Of a stretch of DNA of 63,149 nt, positions 27,215 to 34,580 are shown in pieces. The DNA lies in assembly GCA_038064475.1 (NCBI GenBank), contig JBBTTA010000007.1:1-63149 (forward strand), read 5' to 3'. Each line of letters opens with the position of its first letter. The stretch's first letter is position 1. Source of the DNA: Patescibacteria group bacterium. GTDB lineage: Bacteria; Patescibacteriota; Minisyncoccia; Phycocordibacterales; EsbW-18. Below the pieces are notes generated by a model. It made no database searches, was not told where the DNA came from, and saw only the letters and a program-made list of their open reading frames with translations. The position numbers and the translations under genes are program-made.

Positions 27215-27883
27215 ATGAGTGCATCTGTCTACAACACACAAGGAAAAGAAGTACGCACAATCGACCTCCCCGAGAACATTTTTGATGTGCCAATGAACAA
27301 CGACCTCATTCACCAAGTGGTGACCTCAATGCAGTCAAACGCACGTGCTGGTGGGCCTCTCGCACACACAAAGGATCGCAGTGAAGTTCGTGGTGGTGGT
27401 AAGAAGCCATGGCGCCAGAAGGGAACAGGACGTGCACGTCACGGTTCATCACGTTCTCCAATTTGGATTGGTGGTGGTATCACACACGGCCCTCGCAATG
27501 ACAAAGACTACTCACGTCGTATTCCAAAGAAAATGCGTATGAAAGCTTTGACAACAACATTGTCACAGAAATTCCGCGCAGGCCACGTTCTCTTTGTTGA
27601 TAGCATTTCATTTGCTGCTCCAAAGACAAAGGACGCAAAGGTGGTACTCGCAGCACTCGCAGGTATCTCAGGTTTCGAAAAGATCACAACAAAGAAGAAC
27701 AATGCCGTTGTGTTGGCGCTTGCAAAGAACGATGCAAACACAAAGAAGAGCTTTGCAAACTTCGGCAACGTTTCCGTTGAAGAAATTCGTAACTTGAATC
27801 CGATTGATGTGATGTCAGCAACGTATCTCATCATTGAAAACCCAGACGAGGCAATCGCATTTCTTTCAACAAAATCAAACTAA
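27215..27883 (+). CDS. rplD: 50S ribosomal protein L4
   Basis: NNDLIHQVV..GGGKKPWRQKGTGRARHGS. ATG preceded by TCTAACGGG. The track ORF starts at 27167. Confidence 0.9.
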   Translation: MSASVYNTQGKEVRTIDLPENIFDVPMNNDLIHQVVTSMQSNARAGGPLAHTKDRSEVRGGGKKPWRQKGTGRARHGSSRSPIWIGGGITHGPRNDKDYSRRIPKKMRMKALTTTLSQKFRAGHVLFVDSISFAAPKTKDAKVVLAALAGISGFEKITTKKNNAVVLALAKNDANTKKSFANFGNVSVEEIRNLNPIDVMSATYLIIENPDEAIAFLSTKSN

Positions 27884-27884
27884 T

Positions 27885-28331
27885 ATGCTGTTCAAGAAAA
27901 AAGACAACGCAGAATCATCGAAGGCAAAAAACGCACTCTTTGCGAAGAAGAGCAAGGTGGTTGTTGATGATGCAGGGGCAAAGCCAGTCAGCATGAAGGG
28001 TGAAACGAAGGCGCGCGAAACGAAGGCACTTAAAACAACAATTGCATCAGGCAAGGTTGGTGCACACATTCTCCGCAACCCACGCATTACTGAAAAGGCT
28101 TCAATGGCAGCTTCAAACAACGTGTACGTCTTTGATGTTTCAAAAGACTCAACAAAGAACAGCATCAAGGCTGCAATCAAGGACGTGTACAAAATCACAC
28201 CAGTAAAAGTTCGTGTTGCCGCAATTCCAACAAAGACAGCAACAAACCGCCGCGGCATGACGACAACGACAGGTGGTGGTAAAAAAGCATACGTCTACCT
28301 CAAGAAAGGGGACACCATCGAACTCATCTAG
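27885..28331 (+). CDS. rplW: 50S ribosomal protein L23 with Lys-rich N-terminal extension
   Basis: LRNPRITEKA..NVYVFDV..KIAIK.VY.. pattern. Confidence 0.9.
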   Translation: MLFKKKDNAESSKAKNALFAKKSKVVVDDAGAKPVSMKGETKARETKALKTTIASGKVGAHILRNPRITEKASMAASNNVYVFDVSKDSTKNSIKAAIKDVYKITPVKVRVAAIPTKTATNRRGMTTTTGGGKKAYVYLKKGDTIELI

Positions 28332-28340
28332 TATTTATTT

Positions 28341-29192
28341 ATGAAACATCACAAACCTACAAGCGCAGGACGTCGTGACTCGGTAAGCATCAACTACCGC
28401 GAGTTTTTGACACCAAACATAAAGCCAACGAAGGCACTCGTAAAAGGAGGCAAGCGAAGCACAGGCCGCAACGCATTCGGCCGTCTCACGACACGCTCGA
28501 CTGGTGGAGGACACAAGCGTCGCTTCCGTGATGTTGACTTCATGTACGACAAACGCGACATCAAGGCGCGCGTTGAAAGTGTTGAGTACGATCCAAACCG
28601 ATCAGGTTTCATCGCACTTGTTCTCTACGCTGATGGTGAACGCCGTTATATTCTCGCTCCACAATCTTTGAAAGTTGGGGACTCAGTTATCACATCAGAG
28701 AATGCAGCGTTTACTCCGGGTAACCGTCTTCCCCTCGCAAAGATTCCTGTTGGTACATTTGTATACAACATTGAGCTCAAACCAAAGGGTGGTGCAAAAG
28801 TCGCACGCTCTGCCGGCAATTATGCTGAAGTTGTTGCGCACGACGGTGACTACACACTCGTAAAGATGCCATCAACTGAAATTCGTAAGTTCTCAGAACA
28901 CGCATGGGCATCTATTGGTGAAGTTTCAAATCCAGAAGCAAAGCTCGTAAACCTCGGTAAGGCAGGACGCTCACGATGGCTCGGTATCCGTCCAAAGGTT
29001 CGTGGTACAGCGATGAACCCAGTTGATCACCCACATGGTGGTGGTGAAGGACGTCAGGGCCGTGGTCACCGTCGCGCACGCACACGTCACGGTAAGAACA
29101 CAGGAAAGGGGCACAAGACACGCAAACCAAAGAAATACTCAAACTTCCTTATTGTTTCTCGCCGAAAAGTTGGCAAGAACCGCAAGAGTTAG
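28341..29192 (+). CDS. rplB: 50S ribosomal protein L2
   Basis: KPTSAGRR..VEYDPNRSGFIALV..RGTAMNPVDHPHGGGEGR. Confidence 0.97.
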   Translation: MKHHKPTSAGRRDSVSINYREFLTPNIKPTKALVKGGKRSTGRNAFGRLTTRSTGGGHKRRFRDVDFMYDKRDIKARVESVEYDPNRSGFIALVLYADGERRYILAPQSLKVGDSVITSENAAFTPGNRLPLAKIPVGTFVYNIELKPKGGAKVARSAGNYAEVVAHDGDYTLVKMPSTEIRKFSEHAWASIGEVSNPEAKLVNLGKAGRSRWLGIRPKVRGTAMNPVDHPHGGGEGRQGRGHRRARTRHGKNTGKGHKTRKPKKYSNFLIVSRRKVGKNRKS

Positions 29193-29218
29193 AAAACACA
29201 GAACAGAGAACAAAAAAC

Positions 29219-29284
29219 ATTCGATTTGCCAGTTGGTGAATCGAATATACGTACCATCATTCCTACGCCTGTAGGAATGATGGT
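29219..29284 (+). terminator. Two consecutive hairpins ending the rplC-rplB unit
   Basis: ATTCGATTTGCCAGTTGGTGAATCGAAT (29219-29246) and ACCATCATTCCTAC-GCCT-GTAGGAATGATGGT (29253-29284), followed by CGTTTAT. Confidence 0.65.
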
Positions 29285-29323
29285 CGTTTATACATACTTT
29301 TTCATTAGAAAATCAACCAAATG

Positions 29324-29355
29324 AAAAAGGCGCCGTTAGGTATGCGGCGCCTTTT
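29324..29355. terminator. Bidirectional terminator
   Basis: AAAAAGGCGCCG..CGGCGCCTTTT. It serves minus-strand ORF 29382..29564. Confidence 0.8.
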
Positions 29356-29381
29356 GAACTGCAGTACTGCGCGGGGCTTCT

Positions 29382-29564
29382 TCAGGTCGAAATGGGGAAG
29401 AGCGCGATGGCTGTCAGGCTGAGCAACAGCCTTTGCCCCTGGAATCTCCCTTCGAGCGGCTTCACCTCCACGATCTTGGAGGTGGCGGAAGGCTGGACGT
29501 GGGCTCGGCACGATCCGAGAAAGGCTGCTTCCACTCGGTATTGCCCCTTTTTGATACTGTCCAT
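29382..29564 (-). CDS. Hypothetical 60-aa protein (SD-led cassette)
   Basis: TTGGAGGGCCCGTCAG-ATG on the reverse strand. Upstream promoter TTGCCA-16-TACAAT. G/C-rich third positions. Chosen over the overlapping track ORF 29305..29580, which runs through the terminator. Confidence 0.55.
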   Translation of the reverse strand: MDSIKKGQYRVEAAFLGSCRAHVQPSATSKIVEVKPLEGRFQGQRLLLSLTAIALFPIST

Positions 29565-29713
29565 CTGACGGGCCCTCCAACAGTCAACCCCCCGAATTGG
29601 GAGTATGGCTTACATAGGAAAACCGCATTAACGAACTTCTAAAATGGATTGTACGCTGATATAAAAATTTGGCAAGGGGAAGTGGATAAATGAGCCCACA
29701 GCACGAGGCTCGT

Positions 29714-29741
29714 TTGACAATGCTCTACTTTTTGCTATTAT
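29714..29741 (+). promoter_or_regulatory. Sigma70-type promoter re-initiating the rpsS unit
   Basis: TTGACA, a 16-nt spacer, then TATTAT. Confidence 0.7.
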
Positions 29742-29748
29742 CTTATCC

Positions 29749-29768
29749 GAGCCGAACGGCTCCTTTTT
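29749..29768 (+). promoter_or_regulatory. Promoter-proximal terminator-like hairpin
   Basis: GAGCC-GAAC-GGCTC followed by CTTTTT, 8 nt after the -10 element. Confidence 0.5.
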
Positions 29769-29782
29769 AGTCCGTCTCCATG

Positions 29783-29907
29783 ATCCCGTTAGAGATGTTA
29801 AAGTCTCAAAACGGGGTATAAAGATGAAATAAAGGTTTTTGAAATGCTGTAAAGGTATTTTGGAATAATCACGGAAACGCAAAGCGTTTCCTGTCTCTAA
29901 CGGGATG
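29783..29907 (+). promoter_or_regulatory. Structured leader element, copy A (sequesters the rpsS start codon)
   Basis: ATCCCGTTAGAGA (29783-29795) is complementary to TCTCTAACGGGAT (29894-29906), which contains the AT of the ATG. Competing local hairpin CCCGTT..AACGGG (29785-29815). Hairpin GGAAACGC-AAA-GCGTTTCC (29873-29891). The paralogue is at 48983-49105. Confidence 0.7.
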
Positions 29908-30264
29908 ACACGATCACTCAAAAAAGGCCCCTACATTAACGAACGACTCATGCAGAAAGTCGCGAAGCGAAAAGCTGCAGATGGCGTTATTAAAACGTGG
30001 GCACGACCAAGTGTTATCACACCAGAAATGGTTGGATACACATTTGGTGTACACAACGGAAAGACACACGTTGATGTTTTTGTGACTGAAGAAATGGTAG
30101 GACACCGCTTGGGTGAGTTTTCTCCAACACGCACATTCCGCCGTCACGGTGGACAAATGCAAAAGGCGCTCGACCAAGCCAAGAAGGATGCCGAAATTGC
30201 TGCAGCTAAGTCAGCAAAGGGTGCTGCTGAGGGCGCGCCTGCTCCAAGTGGGGAAAAGAAGTAG
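29905..30264 (+). CDS. rpsS: 30S ribosomal protein S19 with Ala/Lys-rich C-terminal tail
   Basis: [34 protein letters not shown]. Confidence 0.95.
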   Translation: MTRSLKKGPYINERLMQKVAKRKAADGVIKTWARPSVITPEMVGYTFGVHNGKTHVDVFVTEEMVGHRLGEFSPTRTFRRHGGQMQKALDQAKKDAEIAAAKSAKGAAEGAPAPSGEKK

Positions 30265-30322
30265 AAGCAAGAATCAAGAATCAAAACTTCTAAACTTCAA
30301 ACATCAAAACTTTAAACTAACC
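30265..30322 (+). repeat. Word array (AAGAATC)x2 plus AAACTTC-type units
   Basis: GAAGCAAGAATCAAGAATCAAAACTTCTAAACTTCAAACATCAAAACTTTAAACTAACC fills the rpsS-rplV spacer. Confidence 0.85.
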
Positions 30323-30814
30323 ATGAAGGCTTACCTTAAAAACTACCGTCAATCTCCACGAAAAGTTCGCCTCGTCTCTGATCTCATCAAAGGGAAGCCA
30401 GTTGACCGAGCACTCCTTATTTTGGATACAACACCAAAGCGCGCAACACTGCAGTTGAGCAAACTTGTTCGTTCAGCAATTGCGAATGCAAAATCACAAG
30501 GCGTCGAAGCAAAAGATCTTTTTGTACAAGAAATTCGCGTTGACAAAGGTTTGACGATGCACCGCTACATGCCAAAGGCACATGGTCGCGCATCACGTTT
30601 TGATAAACACTCAAGCAACATCATTTTGGTGCTTGCAAACAAGAGCGAGATGGGAGCAAAGCGAAAGAACATTGAGAAGAGCTTTGGAAAAACATCTGCT
30701 GCAATGAAGCCTGAAGCAGGAATCAAGGTAGAAAAAACAGAAAACAAAGAACAGAAAACAGAAAAGAAAACAACAAAAAAGGTCGCAAAGAAATCTACTA
30801 AAGCAAAAGCATAA
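30323..30814 (+). CDS. rplV: 50S ribosomal protein L22 with Lys/Thr/Glu-rich C-terminal tail
   Basis: MKAYLKNYRQSPRKVRLVSDLIKGKPV..A.GRASRF.K..S.I. Start at an internal ATG of track ORF 30113. Confidence 0.93.
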   Translation: MKAYLKNYRQSPRKVRLVSDLIKGKPVDRALLILDTTPKRATLQLSKLVRSAIANAKSQGVEAKDLFVQEIRVDKGLTMHRYMPKAHGRASRFDKHSSNIILVLANKSEMGAKRKNIEKSFGKTSAAMKPEAGIKVEKTENKEQKTEKKTTKKVAKKSTKAKA

Positions 30815-30838
30815 TTCTTGATTCTATCTTCTTGATTC
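30815..30838 (+). repeat. (TTCTTGATTC)x2, inverted relative to the array upstream of rplV
   Basis: TTCTTGATTC occurs at 30815-30824 and 30829-30838. It is the reverse complement of GAATCAAGAA at 30271-30280. Confidence 0.85.
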
Positions 30839-30845
30839 TACCTAT

Positions 30846-31535
30846 ATGACACACCGAGTTCATCCATTTGCACACCGATTGGGAATCCTACGAGACTGGC
30901 GCTCACGATGGTTTGCGCACTCGGGTGACTATCAGAAATTTCTCCGCACGGACGTGCTTATTCGGGGTTTCTTGAAAAAGGCGCTCGACAACATGTACGT
31001 TGCTGACACGCTCATTGAACGACACGGTAAACAACTTAAGATTACGGTCAAAACATCACGCCCAGGTCTTATCATTGGACGTTCAGGTGAAGGAATTGCA
31101 AAGCTCAAGAAAGAGCTCGATATCTTTGCGCGCAAGCAAAACCTTGTTGGCGCAGATCAAATCAAAATTGAAATCGAAGAAGTTCGCTCACCAGAATCAC
31201 AAGCAGCAATTGTTGGAGCAATGGTAAAAGAGGGAATTGAAAAGCGTATGCCATTCCGTCGCGTGTTGAAGCAGACGGTTGAAAAAGTTATGGCAAACCG
31301 TGATGTACAAGGTGTACGTATTCACCTTTCAGGACGTTTGGGTGGTGCTGACATGGCACGTCGTGAACAAATGAAGCGCGGTCGTATTCCACTTCAGACG
31401 TTCCGTGCCGACATCGACTACGCACACATCGAAGCGCACATCCCACAAGGACAGATTGGTATTCGTGTATGGGTGTACCGTGGAGAAGTGTTCGCAGATC
31501 GTCCGACAACTAACGAATCACGTCAAAACGCATAA
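30846..31535 (+). CDS. rpsC: 30S ribosomal protein S3
   Basis: HRVHPFAHRLGILRDWRSRWF, KH domain, and GRLGGADMAR. Confidence 0.97.
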   Translation: MTHRVHPFAHRLGILRDWRSRWFAHSGDYQKFLRTDVLIRGFLKKALDNMYVADTLIERHGKQLKITVKTSRPGLIIGRSGEGIAKLKKELDIFARKQNLVGADQIKIEIEEVRSPESQAAIVGAMVKEGIEKRMPFRRVLKQTVEKVMANRDVQGVRIHLSGRLGGADMARREQMKRGRIPLQTFRADIDYAHIEAHIPQGQIGIRVWVYRGEVFADRPTTNESRQNA

Positions 31536-31544
31536 TAAATTTCT

Positions 31545-31961
31545 ATGTTGTTTCCTAAAAAAGTAAAACACCGAAAATGGCACACAGCCCGACGCAACCC
31601 AAAGCGCGTTGGTATCGCTTCACGTGGAACGAAACTTGCCTTCGGGGGTTTTGGCTTGAAAGCAATGGCCGCTGGTCGTATCAACTCAAACCAAATCGAA
31701 TCATCACGTCGCGTGATGCGTCGTGCACTTGGTAAGAACGGTACAATCTGGACACGTATTTTCCCTGACCGACCATTTACAGCAAAAGGTTCAGAAGTTG
31801 GTATGGGTAAAGGAAAAGGAGACCCACAGGGCTTTGTAGCTCTTGTAAAGCCAGGTAGCCTTCTCTTTGAGGTGGACGGTGTGTCAAAGGAAATCGCAGC
31901 AGAGGTACTTCGCAAGGGTGGCGCAAAGATGCCCGTAAAGACGAAGATTGTTGTTCGCTAA
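31545..31961 (+). CDS. rplP: 50S ribosomal protein L16
   Basis: MLFPKKVKHRK..G..LAFG.FGLKA..RI. Confidence 0.97.
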   Translation: MLFPKKVKHRKWHTARRNPKRVGIASRGTKLAFGGFGLKAMAAGRINSNQIESSRRVMRRALGKNGTIWTRIFPDRPFTAKGSEVGMGKGKGDPQGFVALVKPGSLLFEVDGVSKEIAAEVLRKGGAKMPVKTKIVVR

Positions 31962-31985
31962 TTGCGAAAACAGCTCATAAGAGAT

Positions 31986-32189
31986 ATGGTATCAAACACT
32001 ATGCAGACGAAAGACTTACAAAAGAAAACAGACAGCGAACTCCAAAGCTTCATTCAGGGCGCTCGTGAGGCTATGCGCCAGCAGCGCTTTGCTGTTGCCG
32101 GTAGTAAGGGCCGCGATGTGAAGAAGATGCGCGAAGATCGCCGTAGCATCGCACGTGCGCTTACGGAACTTCGTTCACGCACAAACTAA
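31986..32189 (+). CDS. rpmC: 50S ribosomal protein L29
   Basis: [15 protein letters not shown]...RE...QRF pattern. The track ORF begins at a TTG at 31962; the first ATG was chosen. Confidence 0.85.
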   Translation: MVSNTMQTKDLQKKTDSELQSFIQGAREAMRQQRFAVAGSKGRDVKKMREDRRSIARALTELRSRTN

Positions 32190-32194
32190 TTTTT

Positions 32195-32437
32195 ATGACT
32201 GCAACACCACACAAAAAGAAAGTACTCCAAGGAGTTGTTACTTCAGACAAGATGAAGGACACCGTTGTTGTGCTTGTTGAACGTTACGTAAAACACCCAA
32301 CGTACGGCAAGTTCATTTCAAAGCGCAAGAAGTATCAAGCGCACGATGCAGGCAACACAAAGAAAATTGGAGATAAGGTGACGATCGAAGAGACACGCCC
32401 AATTTCAAAGAACAAACACTTCCGAATAGTTGAGTAG
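32195..32437 (+). CDS. rpsQ: 30S ribosomal protein S17
   Basis: [30 protein letters not shown]. Confidence 0.95.
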   Translation: MTATPHKKKVLQGVVTSDKMKDTVVVLVERYVKHPTYGKFISKRKKYQAHDAGNTKKIGDKVTIEETRPISKNKHFRIVE

Positions 32438-32460
32438 TGTATAGTCACGCTACGCTCTAG

Positions 32461-32513
32461 TTCAGAAGTTCAAAACCAACAAACTTCCAAACCTCAAAAC
32501 CATTAACTAATTT
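32461..32513 (+). repeat. A/C-rich word array that shares 14-mer and 10-mer words with the 16S expansion
   Basis: TTCAAAACCAACAA (32469-32482) followed by ACTTCCAAAC (32483-32492). The same two words occur in swapped order at 62914-62937. Confidence 0.85.
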
Positions 32514-32885
32514 ATGATCCAGCCACGCTCAATCGTACAAATCGCAGATAACTCAGGTGCCAAAATCGGCCGCGTATTCAAAGTACTTGGCGGCTCAAAG
32601 CGCCGCTACGCTTCTATTGGAGACGTTGTCGTGATGTCAATTCAAATTGCTGAACCTCGCAAGCAAACAAAGAAGAAGGATGTCGTAAAGGCCGTTGTTG
32701 TTCGTCAGGTTAAGGCATTCCGCCGCAAGGATGGCTCGTATGTTCGCTTCGACGAAAACGCAGTGGTGATCATTGAAGGTGTGAAGAAGGAACCAAAAGC
32801 AAACCGTATCTTCGGTCCGATTCCTCGTGAGCTCGCAGAACGCGGATTCCAGAAAATCGTGTCACTTGCCCCTGAGGTTGTATAA
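32514..32885 (+). CDS. rplN: 50S ribosomal protein L14
   Basis: [17 protein letters not shown]...V...GGS.RRYA.IGD. Confidence 0.97.
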   Translation: MIQPRSIVQIADNSGAKIGRVFKVLGGSKRRYASIGDVVVMSIQIAEPRKQTKKKDVVKAVVVRQVKAFRRKDGSYVRFDENAVVIIEGVKKEPKANRIFGPIPRELAERGFQKIVSLAPEVV

Positions 32886-32895
32886 CTATATTTCT

Positions 32896-33111
32896 ATGCA
32901 CGTAAAAAAAGGAGACAAAGTAACAGTAATTGCCGGAGCCCACAAAGGATCAACAGGATCTGTGGTGAAGGTATTTTTGAAAGACGATCTCGTTGTTGTT
33001 GAGGGCGTTAACAAGGTGAAGCGTCATCAGCGTGCACGTAAGGGCTCAGCAAAGGGTCAGATTATCGAAAAAACGATGCCACTCCACGCATCAAACGTTC
33101 GCAAGGCATAA
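32896..33111 (+). CDS. rplX: 50S ribosomal protein L24 (short)
   Basis: MHVKKGDKVTVIAGAHKGSTGSVVKV (KOW motif). Internal ATG of track ORF 32827. Confidence 0.93.
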   Translation: MHVKKGDKVTVIAGAHKGSTGSVVKVFLKDDLVVVEGVNKVKRHQRARKGSAKGQIIEKTMPLHASNVRKA

Positions 33112-33121
33112 CAACGAATAT

Positions 33122-33688
33122 ATGAAAACGGTAAAAGAAAAACAGAGCAAGGCATACGAGAACCTTCACGAGGCACTCGGCACAAAGAGCAAAATGGCAA
33201 TCCCACGTTTGGTGAAGGTGGTTGTGTCTGTTGGTACGGGTTCAGTGAAGGACAAAAAGCGCATTGAAGTGATTGAATCACGCCTTCCAAAAATCACAGG
33301 ACAGAAAGCATCTCCACGTCCTGCAAAGAAATCAATCGCATCATTCAAACTCCGCGAAGGACAGGTGATTGGCTACCAAGTAACGCTCCGTGGCCCACGC
33401 ATGTACGATTTCCTTGATCGTCTTATCAACATCTCACTTCCTCGCACACGTGACTTCCGTGGTATCTCACGCGCATCGATTGATCCAATGGGGAACCTCT
33501 CAATTGGTATCCGTGAACACAACATTTTTCCAGAAACAGCTGACGAAGACACAAAGGACGTATTCAGCCTTTCAATCACGATTGTTACAACAGCAAAGGA
33601 CAGGGTATCAGCAGAAAAATATTTCGAATACATTGGCATTCCATTCAAGCGACTCGAAGACGAAGTGAAGAAGAAACGAGGACGTTAA
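33122..33688 (+). CDS. rplE: 50S ribosomal protein L5
   Basis: IPRLVKVVVSVG.G..KLREGQVIGYQVTLRG.RMYDFLDRLI..LPR.RDFRG. Internal ATG of track ORF 33032. Confidence 0.95.
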   Translation: MKTVKEKQSKAYENLHEALGTKSKMAIPRLVKVVVSVGTGSVKDKKRIEVIESRLPKITGQKASPRPAKKSIASFKLREGQVIGYQVTLRGPRMYDFLDRLINISLPRTRDFRGISRASIDPMGNLSIGIREHNIFPETADEDTKDVFSLSITIVTTAKDRVSAEKYFEYIGIPFKRLEDEVKKKRGR

Positions 33689-33724
33689 GGCACATAACAA
33701 AAAACAGAGAACAGGAAAACAAAA

Positions 33725-33751
33725 AACATGCGATATATCGCATGTTTTTTT
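33725..33751 (+). terminator. Intrinsic terminator ending the rpsS-rplE unit
   Basis: AACATGCGATATATCGCATGTT followed by TTTTT. A second palindrome GTTCGATATATCGAAC follows. Confidence 0.8.
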
Positions 33752-33813
33752 GTTCGATATATCGAACATGTGCACTTTATATTTTCTTGAGCACGAATAT
33801 GTACACTCATGTA

Positions 33814-34206
33814 ATGGAAAAAGATTTTGGTGGTTGGAATGAAAGGAAAAAACTTTTACAGGCAAGAACAATACCACAATTTGTACATGAAAGAGAAATA
33901 TGGTGGTGTTCGTTTGGCATGAATATTGGTGATGAAGAAGATGGAAAGAATAACTTATTTGAAAGGCCGGCACTTGTTATAAGAAAGTTTAATAGGAGTG
34001 TTGTTTTAGTTGCCCCACTGACTACGAAAGCAAAAAGCAGCCCATATTATTTTTGTTTTACGCACGACAACACAACCTTTGCTGTTATTCTTTCGCAATT
34101 GCGTCTTGTAAGCACAAGGCGACTTAATCGGAGGATTAGAAAAATAAACTCGACTCTTTTTAGCGAGATAAAAAAGAAAATTATAGACGTTGTAATTACC
34201 CCCTAA
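33814..34206 (+). CDS. PemK/MazF-family toxin-like protein (orphan)
   Basis: EKDFGGWNERKK..REIWWCSFGMNIGDEEDGK...RPALVIRKFN..VVLVAPLTTK resembles solitary PemK/MazF-like proteins. Visibly A/T-rich. The start is uncertain (33799 or 33814). Confidence 0.65.
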   Translation: MEKDFGGWNERKKLLQARTIPQFVHEREIWWCSFGMNIGDEEDGKNNLFERPALVIRKFNRSVVLVAPLTTKAKSSPYYFCFTHDNTTFAVILSQLRLVSTRRLNRRIRKINSTLFSEIKKKIIDVVITP

Positions 34207-34421
34207 TAACAAACGATCCCCGCCTTATGGCGGGGTCTCCGGGGCCATGTGGCCATTTGTACTAATATACTAACACTTTCAAAACATGATGCAAGCTACG
34301 TATTGATTAAAAATTAATCTCTGCGTAAAACAATGCTGGAAATGCGTTCTGACTCCATGACGCTATTTACTGGAACTACCGATTCGGTTGAATACTATTC
34401 AACAGGCGCATTATGGAACTA

Positions 34422-34449
34422 TTGACATTATAATATAAAAGTGTATAAT
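34422..34449 (+). promoter_or_regulatory. Near-consensus sigma70 promoter
   Basis: TTGACA, a 16-nt spacer, then TATAAT. Confidence 0.75.
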
Positions 34450-34482
34450 ACACGCATACGTTCTTTCACAAGGAATTGCAAA

Positions 34483-34534
34483 ATTGACCGTGGCTTTGAG
34501 ATCTTTTTATTGAGATTTCACAACCGCGGTCAAT
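34483..34534 (+). promoter_or_regulatory. 11-bp inverted repeat in the 5' leader of ORF 34581
   Basis: ATTGACCGTGG (34483-34493) pairs with CCGCGGTCAAT (34524-34534), with one mismatch. The inner sequence has TGAGAT direct repeats. Confidence 0.5.
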
Positions 34535-34580
34535 TGAGACTTGCGGAATGCTCCGGGCAACGAAGCCCAAGGAGAACACC

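Noticed and set aside
29305-29580. 91-aa minus-strand ORF as the gene of the rplB-rpsS island.
   Set aside because: It runs through the bidirectional terminator and lacks an SD. The overlapping 60-aa frame (29382-29564) has GGAGGG at proper spacing and G/C-rich third positions.
33689-34420. Antitoxin partner for the MazF-like gene.
   Set aside because: There is no ORF of 30 or more codons in operon arrangement upstream (33689-33813) or downstream. The only downstream ATG-initiated peptides are at most 29 aa, with no SD. There are no type III-like tandem RNA repeats. The gene is reported as an orphan.
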